A DNA stretch of 63,428 bases, filler included, from Collodictyon triciliatum (Eukaryota): assembly GCA_043381765.1 (NCBI GenBank). It is 3 parts of 3 records of this genome, joined end to end, with 100 filler letters (N's around TTAATTAATTAA, not from the genome) between each part and the next. Parts side by side here need not be neighbours in the genome. Positions count along the whole stretch, not along the records: positions 1 to 19,038 come from JBHJMP010000265.1; 2 more parts are not named here. One strand, 5' to 3'. Positions 1-13,307 of this stretch are shown here, one piece after another. How positions within the stretch are numbered: position 1 is the stretch's first letter; every line of letters begins with the position of its first letter. The position numbers and the translations under genes were made by a program. Below the pieces are notes generated by a model. That model searched no databases. It was not told the origin of the DNA and saw nothing but the letters and a program-made list of their open reading frames with translations.

Positions 1-476
1 AAAAAAGGGGGGGGGGGGGGGGGGGGGGTTGAAAAATGAAGCAAAGCGTAAAGTAATCACCTTGAGCCAGATGCAACATACAGACCCTCGTCTCCGACAA
101 AACTCACACATTTTACGTTCGATCGATGACCCTCTAGGATGCACTTTGTGGAATTGGGGACGACATAACATGAGTAGTCCTCAAGGAGGCTACTCCCGAT
201 AAAAGACCATTTAATCGCGATTGTACTTGTAATTATAATTGGTTTCTGACAAGAAGAAAAAAAAAAAGAAGGAAAAAGTAGTAGAAAATTTGGATAAATT
301 CAGTCATTACGTAGAAAGTTTTGGAGGGACCCTAGGTCTATGTCGACTAAACTCGATTTGATACAGACTTGCTTGTTTCATCAAGTTCAACAAACGGGCT
401 GGAGGAACAGGCTTGGATTGCTCTAAAGATGTTATGGTAGATACGCAATTTAATATTCTGCATGCCTGGGATGATA

Positions 477-536
<60 letters not shown>

Positions 537-2567
537 CTTCCTTCCCAAATGGCTGTTTCTGAATCAATGAGCGCTTGGTATTGTTCGACTAGGTTCTCTC
601 TGGATATTGATGACTTTTGGTAATGACAATTTCATTGTACAGGGAGAAATCCACGTGTTCCTTATACAAGAATATTACTAATTGCAACATTAAATGTCAC
701 CTTGATGCAGCGACATTTCCATCCCATGATTTGAAAGATGGGCAATCCTGAACAGACTTGCATGTTAACAGGAAGCATAAATCCTTGAACTCGTTTGGGT
801 TAGCTTTAAGGAATAAATCCGAGATTTTAGCACAAATATCTTTCAATGTATTTTGGAAATGAAGTCAAAAAATTTATACAACTTTCAAAAATAATTACTC
901 TATGCTTCATTGAAATCTAGCAACACAAAATAAAATGAAAATAGGAAGGTAGCGGCATCCATTAAAGTCTAAAAAAACAAGAAATAGAAGGAGGATATCT
1001 TAGATTGGTATTATAGATACCCTTCATGTTTTCTAAAGGTTTCAGTCTTTTTGTCAGAATTGTGAATGCCTGGATAAATTGGTTCATTCAGAAATAAAGA
1101 AAAGACATGATGCATTATGAGGTGAGACCAAATTGAAATAATACTGATAGTATTTGAAGATTGACATTGGTAGCAAGATAATAAAATGAATATGCTATTG
1201 GTCAATCGTGCTTTCTTTCTTTCTTCCCAGAAATTTGAATACCTTTTGGTACTCCTGTCTCTCGATAAGTTCAAAGTACTGTTGTTTGTATACTGCGTAC
1301 AAAAATCCACGTTGGTTCTTGAACGCAGTCTTTGTACTTAACTTTTCAACTTCCGCCCAGTCCCCCTCTGATAATTCCGAGTTAAAATATGGTAATAATA
1401 TGCCACCGCAGATAAATGTACTCATACGAGTGAGAGAAATAAACAGGGATTGCATTCCAGTTGTATTAACAATTTAAATATATCATTCTCGAGACCAATT
1501 GTAAAAAAAAAAAAAAACACATTTATGGTATGAACATACTAAAAATCTAACCTAGAATCGCCGTTTTCATTCTGGAAAGCTTCAAAGTGTATATCAAGTT
1601 ATTAAGTACTGAATTCATCGGGTATTTTCTTTGCATTTGTTCGATATGATTATTATTGACAGCTCTCAAATATGTTTGTTTGAAAAGCAATTTTGAAGAT
1701 ATGATGAACAGAAGGCTAAATATCCAAATAAATAAAATGATGAAATAAATACCTGCGTTTGCCTAGATATCTGCTCTTGGACTTTAATATTCGCCTCGTC
1801 TTGAATCGTCATTACTGACGTGGAATATCCTTCGTCTTGAAGATACTGAATAATCATACGTAGCATGTCCTTCGTGTGTGTAATATGAAAAGGTACTTCT
1901 GTTTAGACAAATACTCTCAAGTCATAAGATTAAATTGTATGTGGGTAAAACAAAACCATGTTCATCTGCATTCAGTGAATAACAGGAAATTGCATACCTC
2001 TTTAATTTGAGGGTTGTCACTATCAAAGACATCTTCATGTAAATGAACTCTCCGAGTTGGGGCATCACCCACACATATCTCACGCCTCGCTCTGAAGCAT
2101 AGAAAACAAATATAGTAACACTTTCGTGAATCACACACAATGCCTAATTATTTTTAAATACACCAACATATTGAGTATGACTGCAGGATGATTTAGCATG
2201 GGTAATTGATAATAGGATAATATAAGAAAAAGAAAAAGGAGAGAATAAAATAGAATAGAATAGAATAGAATAAAATAGAATAGAATAAAATAGAATAGAA
2301 TAAAATAGAATAGAATAAAATAAAATAAAATAAAATAAAATAAAATAAAATAAAATAAAATAAAATAAAATAAAATAAAAATAAATGATGAAATGAATAA
2401 TTTTAAAAATGATGAAATGAAGAAAGAAGAAAATACGGTGCTGTATCGCCCTCGCTTTCGCTTAAGCCACCAGCTTGCACCCATTCCTGAACAGTGCTGG
2501 TTTTTTCTAGGCTCAACTCGGCTTTTGGCTCAACAACCCCCTCAGACGACTCTAGAGGATCATCCAT
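1..2567 (-). CDS. LisH/CTLH + WD40 protein (WDR26/GID7/SMU1-like); multi-exon, 3' end runs off the window
   Basis: Manually spliced GT-AG exons give MDDPLESS..., LisH-like KDMLRMIIQYLQDEGY, CTLH-like LSRMKTAILEGDWAEVE...YKQQYFELIE, VPPARLLNLMKQA, and a first WD40 repeat LEGHRSNVKCVSF...VASGSS. ATG at 2567 is inferred. Confidence 0.8.
2246..2383. repeat. Intronic (AATAG/AATAA)n microsatellite
   Basis: Directly visible. Confidence 0.95.
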
Positions 2568-2649
2568 GGCCGCGCTTTTGGCTCCTTCCTTCTGAGCCTC
2601 TAACCACGTTCATTACATAATTTTGTATACATACATATTCTGCATGCAG

Positions 2650-3591
2650 CAACATAATTGCTTGGTGCATTTTATCGTGTGTGTGATCGAGTGAGGCAGG
2701 CATCCTGTGAACTGGAGACACACTCGTACGAAACTGCCTGGCGCGATCGTGATTTGCTGAGCAAGAAAGCAGGATGGGCGAGAGATGGGATCGGAATCCA
2801 TCTTGCTATGAATTTCTATTTCTGGAAAACATATTTTGGGGCTTTTGTGTACGCTCACCGCGAGCTGGAGACAAGCACGAACCCCGCAAATCCTTCCAAA
2901 CCACCGCTCTCTCATGCTTAATATCACCAATAGGGAGCTATGGATAGGCACAGACGAGACAAAAGCTGGCAAAGTCTCCCAACAATGCACACTTTGCAGC
3001 AACGTTGATGAATCCATTGAGCACACATTTGTGCAATGTCCCTTCGCTCAAAACCTGCGCGAAACAGCCGGTGAGATTCTTCGGCTGACACTCAAGACGG
3101 CTGCGGCTGTTGGCCCAATCCAGGCGATATTTGGGCCTCTGCAACAGCTGCGTCCAGATGCAAAAACACTCTGGGCAGTGACACGAGGCCATTTGCTATG
3201 AACTATGTGGATAGCACGCACAGTCTCACGCAAAGCAAGACTCAACAACCAGCCACCCATTCCTGATAACACGCTGAATGACATCATACAAATCTCTTTT
3301 CTCAACAGCTTTCTTCACCACCTGCACGTTCTCTACTACTCAGACCATGTGAGAAGAGACATGTGGAAAGAGGCTGAGAAAGAGATTCAACCTCGCCTTG
3401 TATCTCTCATGCAAGCACAAGACTCGGACTACAGGCCAAAGCGCAGGATGCAATTCCTGATTACCAACTACTTCTCTGCCGCAAAGTCACCAAGTAGCGT
3501 CCATGCAAACGATGGCTAGCGAACCAAAGCCAACATCTCCACCATCCTGCACAAAATTGAAAGGAAGAATACTAAAATAAAATAAAAAAAA
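2650..3591 (+). mobile_element. 5'-truncated, decayed non-LTR retrotransposon (L1/Tx1-like ORF2 C-terminus, 3' UTR and A-rich tail)
   Basis: CCHC zinc knuckle CTLC...ESIEHTFVQC and downstream L*TMWIAR (TGA at 3199-3201 where Trp is typical). Frameshift near 2840, stop at 3519, short 3' UTR ending GCACAAAATTGAAAGGAAGAATA, then an A-rich tail. The 5' boundary is approximate. Confidence 0.8.
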
Positions 3592-3783
3592 CCGAATCAA
3601 ATTGTTTACACATTCTGCCTTGAAGGTATGAAGAGGGTGTGTTAGTATCTGTTTATGACACTATAATTATTCACCTGGGAAAGTTTGGTGTGATGCAACC
3701 GAGGATAGTCGGATCATTTATAACAGAAATAAAAACGATATCGATGATTGCATTTCTCATGACGACGACAACCATTCAGCTCT

Positions 3784-6546
3784 TCACTCAAAAAGTGAGA
3801 CAGTAGCCTCGCTGAGCGGCATTCTAACCGCACGTCGCTCAAAAGAAAAGCAGCATGTTGGGTTTTTCATGAAGCCCCATACTCTCCTCGAGGAAAATAT
3901 TGAGAAGGTGATGGATATGAAAAGAGACAGCATTCGATTATCTATGTTGATAATGGCAAGGGGGATGACCGTGGTGTGAACTGCGTTGGGAAATACCTGA
4001 AAAAGAAGGATGCATGAGAGGGAAAAGAGAAACAGAAATAAAGGCCCCACCATCATCGGCCATGGATATATTCTCAGCAGCGCTTTTGTTTTGTTCCACC
4101 ATGCAGAAAAGTTATTGAAAGGACTTTCATGAACAACGTCTCTAATATCGCAAATATATGTGCCTAAAATATCTTCGGGCAGTAAGTTTCCGTCCGTTCC
4201 ATCACTTTTGAATCTCACTGCCAACAGCTTTGCCAGAAATAAAAGATCTTTCAAGTGCCCATCTATTTGGTTATCTGATTTCAAATTCCCCAACAAACTG
4301 GTTAGATTCATCTTCAGTGTTTTTACGGGAAATTGGTATGCGTCTAAAAAAATGATTGATAAGGCGCCCATGACTATATACAAGGACCGTAAGATCGATA
4401 CATAGGAAAAGTCCTTGTAGAAAGTAGGTATGATTGCACCGAATATGATCGAGTTAGCAGAAAGAAAGAAAGTGTCGAATGTCCGAAGATTTAAATAAAC
4501 GGCTTCTTTTGAAAACGACATGAAGATGAGCACATTAGCAACCAAACCGAGGGTAACGCACACAACTTCAAGATCTAAAGGGATCATACCCGGTTGAATT
4601 ATATTTGCATATACAACGTAGTTTCCTGAGAAGCCAAATAAAACAGTGAGGTAGATAAGTCTATTGACCAAAATTCGAAAAAAATTGAATTTAACGCCAC
4701 CTGACAAAATATCATGGATGGATTTTTCACAGTTTACCACCAATTCATCTTTTATCGGAGTGAATACAATGCCGACTTTTCGATTTTCTTTGTCACCATC
4801 AAATAATAAAACATTCAAATCTATCTCCTTAGCACAGACGTGGGAGGTAATAGAATCAATTTTCTCTACTTCCATAGATTTCTTTGGAGTCTCACAGCTA
4901 CTCAATGCACCTATATTATATTCAGTATGGCTTTGGTCGTCGTCGTTATCTAAATTCCGTTTAGCCTGATATTCATCCACGTCTACTAAGCTCAAATCTT
5001 CATGAAAAAACAAAGACTTATCGTGCTCGATTGAATCTGACACCACGGAGAGATTAGAGGGGTGTATGTTATCACGAGATCCCTCATGGGATACATTCCG
5101 AATTTTCTCCGATAGAGCAGGCCTACATACCGTATCCATATTTTCATGCCTAATTCCGGCACCATACTTGACGTTCTCGTCAAGAAATGGCGGTTTCTTC
5201 TGGATGGTTGAATCCGCAGATTGCATGGATAAATTTAATTTACTCTGATATTCTCGGCTCTTAATGTATAATATTATAGGGATCCATTCCCTTAAGAGTG
5301 GAATCTTGTAAAGACGATGCCTTACTACCAACACTTTCAAAGGGTAATACAATTGCAGAAATATCCTTCTACAAGTAAATGCGATAATGTTGACACAACA
5401 AGTTCGGACCAAAACGTTTGTTGTAAAATAATCTGGTACGTAAGGTAGACCTTTGTCTTTAAATCCAGGTATCAGATTGAATTGAAGGCAAACATAAACG
5501 TAAATGGGATATATTATGCCAAACATTAAATAACCTACTTGAGTGGGTCCTGTGAATCGTGAAACTTCCGTTCGTACCCATATACCAGTTATTCCGTTCC
5601 CTGTGTTAGAATAGTCTACCAAATTCTGATATACTGTGCAAATCTTACCATAAAAATCATTTATTTTCATCCTTATGGGGGCTTTCTCCGGAGCAAGGTG
5701 TATTTTTATCGTTTTTGGTGAGCTGCCTTGCACAATGGAAACGGAATCGGGCAATTCTTTCTCCATTTCCGATGAGTCAAATGGTGAACTTTGATTGACC
5801 TCAGAAGGGGCTATCCGATTTGTAATCCATGGGATATTGTGAAAATTAGGACGCAAAGTATGCCTCACTTTTTTTCCTTTTATATCTGGCAGATGCGAAG
5901 ACGTGTTTCCGATTTTTGTGTGATGCTTTACAACAATTAGTTCGGTCGGCGGGACACTTGGACCAGCGCTGGTATTTGTACTTATATTTACGTTTGGGGA
6001 TTTGTCTCTTTTTTCAAGGGATGCATCATGCACGAACTTTATGTTTTTATCGAAAAAAGAAGGGCTTACTGCCCAACAGTCGAGTAAAAATAAGTTTAGG
6101 TAACTGACCAATAGGAAGACACCGCTGATAATGGCAGCATTGTTCCAATCGAAAGCCAAACCGAACGAAAATATCATCAAGAGAAGGAGAAATACATTAT
6201 ACAAAATCTCAAAGCACTGTAGAGATAAAATAATCAAATCTCTTTGGAGAGACAAAATCGATAGAATGTTATATGTCGCCCCCAGAGTCGAAAGTATCCC
6301 AAATAGATAAGAAACGTAGTAATCTGGGTTAGGAAGTGTGAACATCCAATAAAATATCGTCGTTGCTATGAATAATCCACCAAGCGACCTCACCCTTGGG
6401 TATATACTTCTTATTAATAAATTTTCCAGAGATTTGCTGAGGATTGAACTGGCCAACGTCCTAGAGTAGTCAATTTTGTACAATATGTCCTCATTTGCGT
6501 ACAGAACAAACCGTCTTGAAAAATGCTCCTCGGTCAGGCTAGGCAT
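3784..6546 (-). CDS. Uncharacterised 920-aa polytopic membrane protein with two homologous TM modules
   Basis: Uninterrupted 2.76-kb ORF with several hydrophobic clusters separated by polar loops. The ATG directly follows (TG)n-TAG, so an upstream intron or exon is possible. Confidence 0.8.
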   Translation of the reverse strand: MPSLTEEHFSRRFVLYANEDILYKIDYSRTLASSILSKSLENLLIRSIYPRVRSLGGLFIATTIFYWMFTLPNPDYYVSYLFGILSTLGATYNILSILSLQRDLIILSLQCFEILYNVFLLLLMIFSFGLAFDWNNAAIISGVFLLVSYLNLFLLDCWAVSPSFFDKNIKFVHDASLEKRDKSPNVNISTNTSAGPSVPPTELIVVKHHTKIGNTSSHLPDIKGKKVRHTLRPNFHNIPWITNRIAPSEVNQSSPFDSSEMEKELPDSVSIVQGSSPKTIKIHLAPEKAPIRMKINDFYGKICTVYQNLVDYSNTGNGITGIWVRTEVSRFTGPTQVGYLMFGIIYPIYVYVCLQFNLIPGFKDKGLPYVPDYFTTNVLVRTCCVNIIAFTCRRIFLQLYYPLKVLVVRHRLYKIPLLREWIPIILYIKSREYQSKLNLSMQSADSTIQKKPPFLDENVKYGAGIRHENMDTVCRPALSEKIRNVSHEGSRDNIHPSNLSVVSDSIEHDKSLFFHEDLSLVDVDEYQAKRNLDNDDDQSHTEYNIGALSSCETPKKSMEVEKIDSITSHVCAKEIDLNVLLFDGDKENRKVGIVFTPIKDELVVNCEKSIHDILSGGVKFNFFRILVNRLIYLTVLFGFSGNYVVYANIIQPGMIPLDLEVVCVTLGLVANVLIFMSFSKEAVYLNLRTFDTFFLSANSIIFGAIIPTFYKDFSYVSILRSLYIVMGALSIIFLDAYQFPVKTLKMNLTSLLGNLKSDNQIDGHLKDLLFLAKLLAVRFKSDGTDGNLLPEDILGTYICDIRDVVHESPFNNFSAWWNKTKALLRIYPWPMMVGPLFLFLFSLSCILLFQVFPNAVHTTVIPLAIINIDNRMLSLFISITFSIFSSRRVWGFMKNPTCCFSFERRAVRMPLSEATVSLFE

Positions 6547-6548
6547 CT

Positions 6549-6555
6549 ACACACA

Positions 6556-6642
<87 letters not shown>
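6549..6642. repeat. (CA)n microsatellite
   Basis: Directly visible; a similar (TG)n run lies at 13196-13305. Confidence 0.95.
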
Positions 6643-6647
<5 letters not shown>

Positions 6648-7736
6648 CGAAGAAATGAAAAAGAAAATGTTATGAGCCTTGTCATTCTTTTGTATAGATG
6701 TGTAACACAAGACAAGAGGAATAAACCAATTTCTGTTCAATGAAAGAAAGGCGACTAACATGGACAATCATAAATGTAAAGTAAAATAAAAACAGCAACT
6801 AAATTGCATTGGCACATAAGCAATCGACAGCACAGAAGAAAGGAAAGAAAAAAAAAAGGTATTTGAGCCTCCTAATTAACAAACAATGAAAACAATAACA
6901 GAAAACATCTATGACCTCGGCTGTAAGGAAAGGTCAGTAAATGATGCTCTGCAGGAATATTGCTCGCAGAGGCAAGGCGTAGGCTCAAGGCCATAGTTTC
7001 CAACCTCCCGAGCCAACAACATGAATAGCTCATGAACGGTGAGCAGATTTTACTCTTTGGTTTGATCGCGTGGGTTGAGGAGCAAACCAAACTCACGCCA
7101 CATGCGCGGCAAACTCCATGATTCGAGTCTGAGTTTCCATGAATTTATCCGCAGAGAAAACTTTGAGTATATTACAATATAATAAGTAAATATTTGTATA
7201 TATGTATCATGATAATCAATATTCGTGACATATAGTGAATAATATGTATTATATTGTAATTTCCACGATTATATTATCTCATTCGTTTCGAAACTTCAAA
7301 ATTTCATAACTTCAATTTTCGATTTCTCTTTTAGGGCGGTGGGGATGTCCCGTGATCTCGTTCGGTGGTTGCACCCGAGGACAGCCACGACCCGCGCAGC
7401 ACGCTCGTCCAGAAGCGCACGGCGCAACGCCACACTGCGAAGCCTCCAACACACATCCATAACAAAAACAAACAATCTCAGAGTGCATTGAACCGCATTC
7501 AACGAAAGCAAGCGGAACGCGAAGCCTCCCAAGAAGCTCTCTCCCTACCCTCAGGCCGAAAAAGGGATCGGCCCCTACTTCCACATTTCACAAGCCCCAG
7601 ACAACAACTGCGCCCGCCTCATTCGCAAAGCTCATATTCTACAGACCTTCCGCTGAATCTTCTTCTGGCTACTTAGAAAACTCTCTACTCGTTGGCAATA
7701 GTGTGAAGTCTTGACGCCTCTCGAAACGAGGACCGA

Positions 7737-10135
7737 ATGTACCACACCTCTCCGCGCACACCAGCGTCCACACCCAAGGCGACAAAGGTTCTATAAACTG
7801 AAAAGCCTTAAAGCATAAAAAGCATAAAAAGCATAAAAAGCATAAAAAGCATAAAAAGCATAAAAAGCATAAAAAGCATAAAAAGCATAAAAAGCATAAA
7901 AAGCATAANNNNNNNNNNNNNNNNNNNNNNNNNNNNNNNNNNNNNNNNNNNNNNNNNNNNNNNNNNNNNNNNNNNNNNNNNNNNNNNNNNNNNNNNNNNN
8001 NNNNNNNNCAAACAAACAAACAAACAAACAAACAAACAAACAAACAAACAAACAAACAAACAAACAAACAAACAAACAAACAAACAAACAAACAAACAAA
8101 CAAACAAAAAAGGCATAAAAGAAAAGAGAGGCATATCAGCCCGTCACGACTAGCAAAAGCTATTTCTGTCAATACCACGAAAGAAAAAAGCATTAACCCT
8201 AATTTAATGTGGTTTGTGGTACCAAAATAGCTGCAACAGAGAGGATGCGCCGCAGGGAATCGGGCGAGGACATCCAATGTCGCTCAAACACCTAAAACCC
8301 ATGTCCGGGCGGACGAGGAAATCTCAATAAAACTCAGTAAAGTCGCTCTGTCCACAGCGCGAATCCAACCGAAGGGCATGACGGCGCAAGTAAATAGGTC
8401 TTCTGTGGTTTCAACTGAGAAAACGCAACCTCCAAGAAAACCTCCTACTCAGCCCAAAGAAGGTGCGGTGTTCACATCTCAACGGACAAACAATGAGAAT
8501 GCACCCAACGCACAGAATTTCATCTCAGCCACCAAGAATGACCAGGAGTACCCATCGAAAGCACCACTTCCTATGACACCGAGGGGGCCTAATGCCAGCA
8601 GTAGCGAAGTTGCTACAGGAGACGCTTTGGCCAATCATGAAAAAGGATTGAAGGGTATTTTGAAAAACTGTGCACCATCTCCACTCGCTTTTGGGGGCCA
8701 GAGAAGCCTTCCATTCCACGGAATCGGCACACAAGACCCAACTAAGGGACTGAGTTCTGTTCAGTCTTTAGATACGTCCAGAGGTAAGTTGACTGCGAAC
8801 CTCAACGCCACACCGACAACCCAATATATGAGATCTGCTCTCCCACAACCAGTGCACTTGCCAAAGAGCATGGTGACTCCTAGGACCCCACGAACGCCAA
8901 GAACGCCGAGAACCCCTTTTACTCCTCAAGATGCGTCGTTTATGAATGATAGCAACGCCTCTACCGACCTGAACGATACAGTACCATATGTCGGGGCTGA
9001 CCTTTCAGAAGAGTTTTCTATCGACCCCTCGTCCATGCAAGCTATTCTTCAGGAAGACTTGCGTGACGCTCATAAGCAGCAGTATACTACGCCGTCCCGC
9101 ATGTCATACGCCCAAGGAACCCAGCATTCCTTACTTACCGGGTCGTTATGTGTTACACCCAGAACGTACTCGTTTTCCCCCTCCAATTCCTTTGCCACAC
9201 CAAAGCACTTTTCGCAACCGCTGGGCATCCAACGACATTCTGAACAGTTATCAAAGACCCCTGTTTCAAACCTGAGTGCATACGGGGGCGTTTACAAGCC
9301 AGGCTTAATGCAAGCGCTTGACAATTCGACACCAGGGAACCACCCGACAGACACCCGCGGGAGCGTGTATGCAGCATACACGGGCCGCAAACCAGAACCA
9401 AAGCCAACGACGCAGGTGACCCCAGCCGACTCCTTTACCTCCCTGAAAAGCCATCGCTACTCCATCTCCAGCAACACGGAGCACTCACGAGAAAGGGGGA
9501 TTGGAAGGCCTTCTACCACACAAACAAGCCGTACAGACTACGAGCACGCCCTCGCAAATGAGCAGCGGACACCGCGACGCGAGAGCGACTGCCCAGAGAG
9601 CGTCCTTGCGAGGCGATTTACGGTGCAAGGCGTAGCTTCGCACCATGTAAGGAACGCGCATTTGCCGCATGGCCTCGCGAAGACGCCGTCGATGTCAATG
9701 CCGATGCCATTGCCATTGTCGGCCCGGCCCGAAGGTGCCGCGCACAGCAGCCAAGGGGCCTTCCGCAGACTCGCGTGGGGGGAGGCGGCGCCCCAGGAGG
9801 CGGTGCGTGCAGACCGGCTTTCTGCCTACGAGCCCCTCTCTGCCGGCCTTGCACGCCAGCACGACAGGCTGCAGGCCGTGGAGCGGATGAAGGAGGCGCT
9901 CTACGTCTCCACGGAGCAGGACCACCCCATGCTTGTCCACATGGAGCGGCGCTTCGAACAGCTCGCACACCTGGCCAGCTACCGTGCGATTCCCGAGGCG
10001 CTCCCAGACCGCGACATGGACGAGCCGGTGGCCGCCATTCTGGACGACCGTGTCATCAAAGACTTTACCAACCAGCCACCAGCCGTCGGTCTGCGGGTCC
10101 CCAATGCCGTCCGCGTTGGCAAAGGCCGCCGCTAG
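7737..10135 (+). CDS. Uncharacterised Ser/Thr/Pro-rich, probably disordered protein with many TP/SP sites
   Basis: The 585-aa ORF (8378-10135) stays open upstream to an AG at 8230. Putative first exon 7737-7787 (MYHTSPRTPASTPKATK|gt) is in phase. (TPR)n repeats are present. The 3' end is uncertain because a gap follows. Confidence 0.6.
7812..8106. repeat. (GCATAAAAA)n and (AAAC)n microsatellites flanking an N gap
   Basis: Directly visible. Confidence 0.95.
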
Positions 10136-10653
10136 ACCAACTGCACAGTCGCCTCCGACTCGGGGGTTCCGGCGGCTCGAGAGCGGATTTGCTTGGGCTG
10201 CGGGGCTTTCGTGTCTGTACATATTCGCTCCGCTGCCTGGTGCAAAGGCACGNNNNNNNNNNNNNNNNNNNNNNNNNNNNNNNNNNNNNNNNNNNNNNNN
10301 NNNNNNNNNNNNNNNNNNNNNNNNNNNNNNNNNNNNNNNNNNNNNNNNNNNNNNNNNNNNNNNNNNNNNNNNNNNNNNNNNNNNNNNNNNNNNNNNNNNN
10401 NNNNNNNNNNNNNNNNNNNNNNNNNNNNNNNNNNNNNNNNNNNNNNNNNNNNNNNNNNNNNNNNNNNNNNNNNNNNNNNNNNNNNNNNNNNNNNNNNNNN
10501 NNNNNNNNNNNNNNNNNNNNNNNNNNNNNNNNNNNNNNNNNNNNNNNNNNNNNNNNNNNNNNNNNNNNNNNNNNNNNNNNNNNNNNNNNNNNNNNTCAGT
10601 TCATAATACTATTACTATTATATAATTAATTATTATTATGCGTGGAGCGTACC

Positions 10654-13193
10654 GGTCATCGCAGAATCCTTGTTTGTGAACATAAGGAAAATTCGGACAG
10701 CCTCCTCTGCTATAATCCCAGGTTCTCTCGACTGGATGACAAGCAACCAGATTATGGCAAACGTGGCATGGAGAGAAACAAAAAACGAAACGAAACGAAA
10801 CAAAACAAAACAAAACAAAACAGACAGACAAAAAGAAAAAGAAGCAGGTATGTGTAACGAAAAAGAAAAAAAGGAGAAAAAAAACAGAAAAAGAACAGCA
10901 CACAAGAAACTACAATTCAGGGAGACAGGTGTGTAGGAAGATATAAGCCGTAATAAAATGGTTGAGTCTTCACCTCGTAAACGTAACAAGCGTCGATGGC
11001 GCCGTACTTTGTGCACTCTTCCTCAGTCTCTGCCTGCAGTTCCGAATCAACCTCTCCAGGACCAACCATGTTCTGCATTAACGTCCGAGTTCGATAAAGA
11101 TGTCTCGCATTTTCATGAAAAACAATAAAATCACAGACATGAACGAAAAGAGGGGATAAGAGCAGTGAATAGAGCAAGAGATATTTTCACCTTCAGGACG
11201 ATGACCCTGGATGTTGGTCCGCGAATTATCGAGCCGGAGCGCGATACCCCAACTTCCGCTTTGGAAATCAAACTTCGCATCAGAACATTTGGTTTTCATT
11301 TATTTCTTGGGTTGTTATGTATTGTGAAAAAACTTGAATAGCGAACATCACATTTTAATCATTTGCCATCTTCAAACGGTTTTTTTTTTTTCATACCAGC
11401 TTCAAGAGCAGACCCTGTGCCAGGCAGGGATGCATTATCTGGCACAATCATGGCTGCCCGTCCAGGAACTTTTTTGGCCACAAGTGCATTGGTGATGCCT
11501 TGCTCCTGCTTTCCAAGACCTTGGATAATCAAATATTGTAATTATAATAAAGGTTCATAGACCACCAACGATATGAACCATATTGAAGAGACTAAAAATA
11601 AAAATAAAAATAAAAATAAAAATAAAAATAAAAATAAAAATAAAAATAAAAATAAAAATAAAAATAAAAATAAAAATAAAAATAAAAATAAAAAAGTAAA
11701 GAGAGAGAGGTGTATTTCCATATCTGTAACGCACAACACAAATAGCAACAACAATGGTATTTTTTTTCCTTTATTCGATTCAAAGAGCAACAACAATGGT
11801 ATTAATTTAATAGTAAAACCTTGTCCTTCTTTCCAGCCCATTTTCATCATCATTTTTTGAGCGATTGATTCTTTTACAGCAGGTTTGCTACATGTTTCCC
11901 AGATAAGATATTTTGGTGTAGCAAACATTCGCAGGTGGACAGTACAGCGGAAACAAGGATAAAAAAAAAAAAACTTACGAAGCGTTTGATGAATCTTCTA
12001 CAGTAACTTCTTGTTGAGATGAAGTTGACGCATCTTTCCCGGATAGCATAGCACGGCGACGAAATGCCTCGTCCCCAGATAAAGGTTTGCCACTTGGGAA
12101 GATAATTTTTTTTTTATTAATTGAATTCTTTTTAATTTTTTTTTTTTTAAAAAAAACAAACAAACAAAAAACCAACAACATCAACAAACGTATGGGTATG
12201 GTGTAAATATGTAAAGTAAATAAAGCTTGTTAACACCTCTGCGCACTTTTGCTCGATTGACCTTTCATCAGTTCTTCCATGATTTTCCGTTCGATCTCTA
12301 GATTATATATGATACCATCGTCTCTAAAGCCATCTCTTGCACACTTTCTGGAAACATAAAATTGAATGTCGCATAGAATCTCAAAAATGACGCGATGAAA
12401 CCTTGTTTTTGCCTCTCCTGCCTTCTTCGCTCTGCCATCTGTATTTTTTCTTCAACATACTCATCATAATCATTGGGTCGAGCAGGGTCATATATGTCTT
12501 GGATGTCTCTGGTCATGGTCAAAAAGTCTGCGACAACATCAACCTGCGACCGTGACAAAATACCATTAGAAATAAGTTAAATGAAAAACGAAGCGAAGGA
12601 GTCTGAATAAATGAACACACGAATACACGAATACACGAATACACGAATACACGAATAAACGAATAAACGAATAAACGAATAAACGAATAAACGAATAAAT
12701 CCATAAATCCATAAATCCATAGATGGATACGATGATATATAAATAATAAATCAAACTAAGACAATTTAAGGTGACGTATCCACAAATCCATACGAAGTTG
12801 CTGAAAAGATAATACGGAATATAAGGTAAAAGAATAAAAGGACAACAGTGCCTCTTCGTCGCTGGACCCATCTACTCCTTCGTCGGAACGGTTAAACCCA
12901 TCACGCACAACATCGTCCTCCTCGTGAATAACTCTGACAGTTGATTCTTGTGCGCCATCCTCGGCAGAAACTGCTGGCTTTCGAGATACGGCAGATGGGA
13001 CAGCGCGAAGAACTGAAGCAGCAACCGAGTTGCTTGGCGCCGGCGTCACGGACTTCTTAAGAAGGGCGACCGGAACAAACTTTGTGGCGGCAGCAGGACG
13101 ACTCTGGGAAGCTGACAAGGACAACATCTTAATCATAAAGCCCTTTCACCAATACGCATATAGACATATGAAAGATAATCATTAGGAAAGATA

Positions 13194-13254
<61 letters not shown>

Positions 13255-13255
13255 N

Positions 13256-13307
<52 letters not shown>

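Noticed and set aside
3199-3201. In-frame TGA as possible recoding or alternative genetic code
   Set aside because: It lies in a frameshifted, decayed transposon, and host genes end in TAA, TAG and TGA with no internal stops once spliced.
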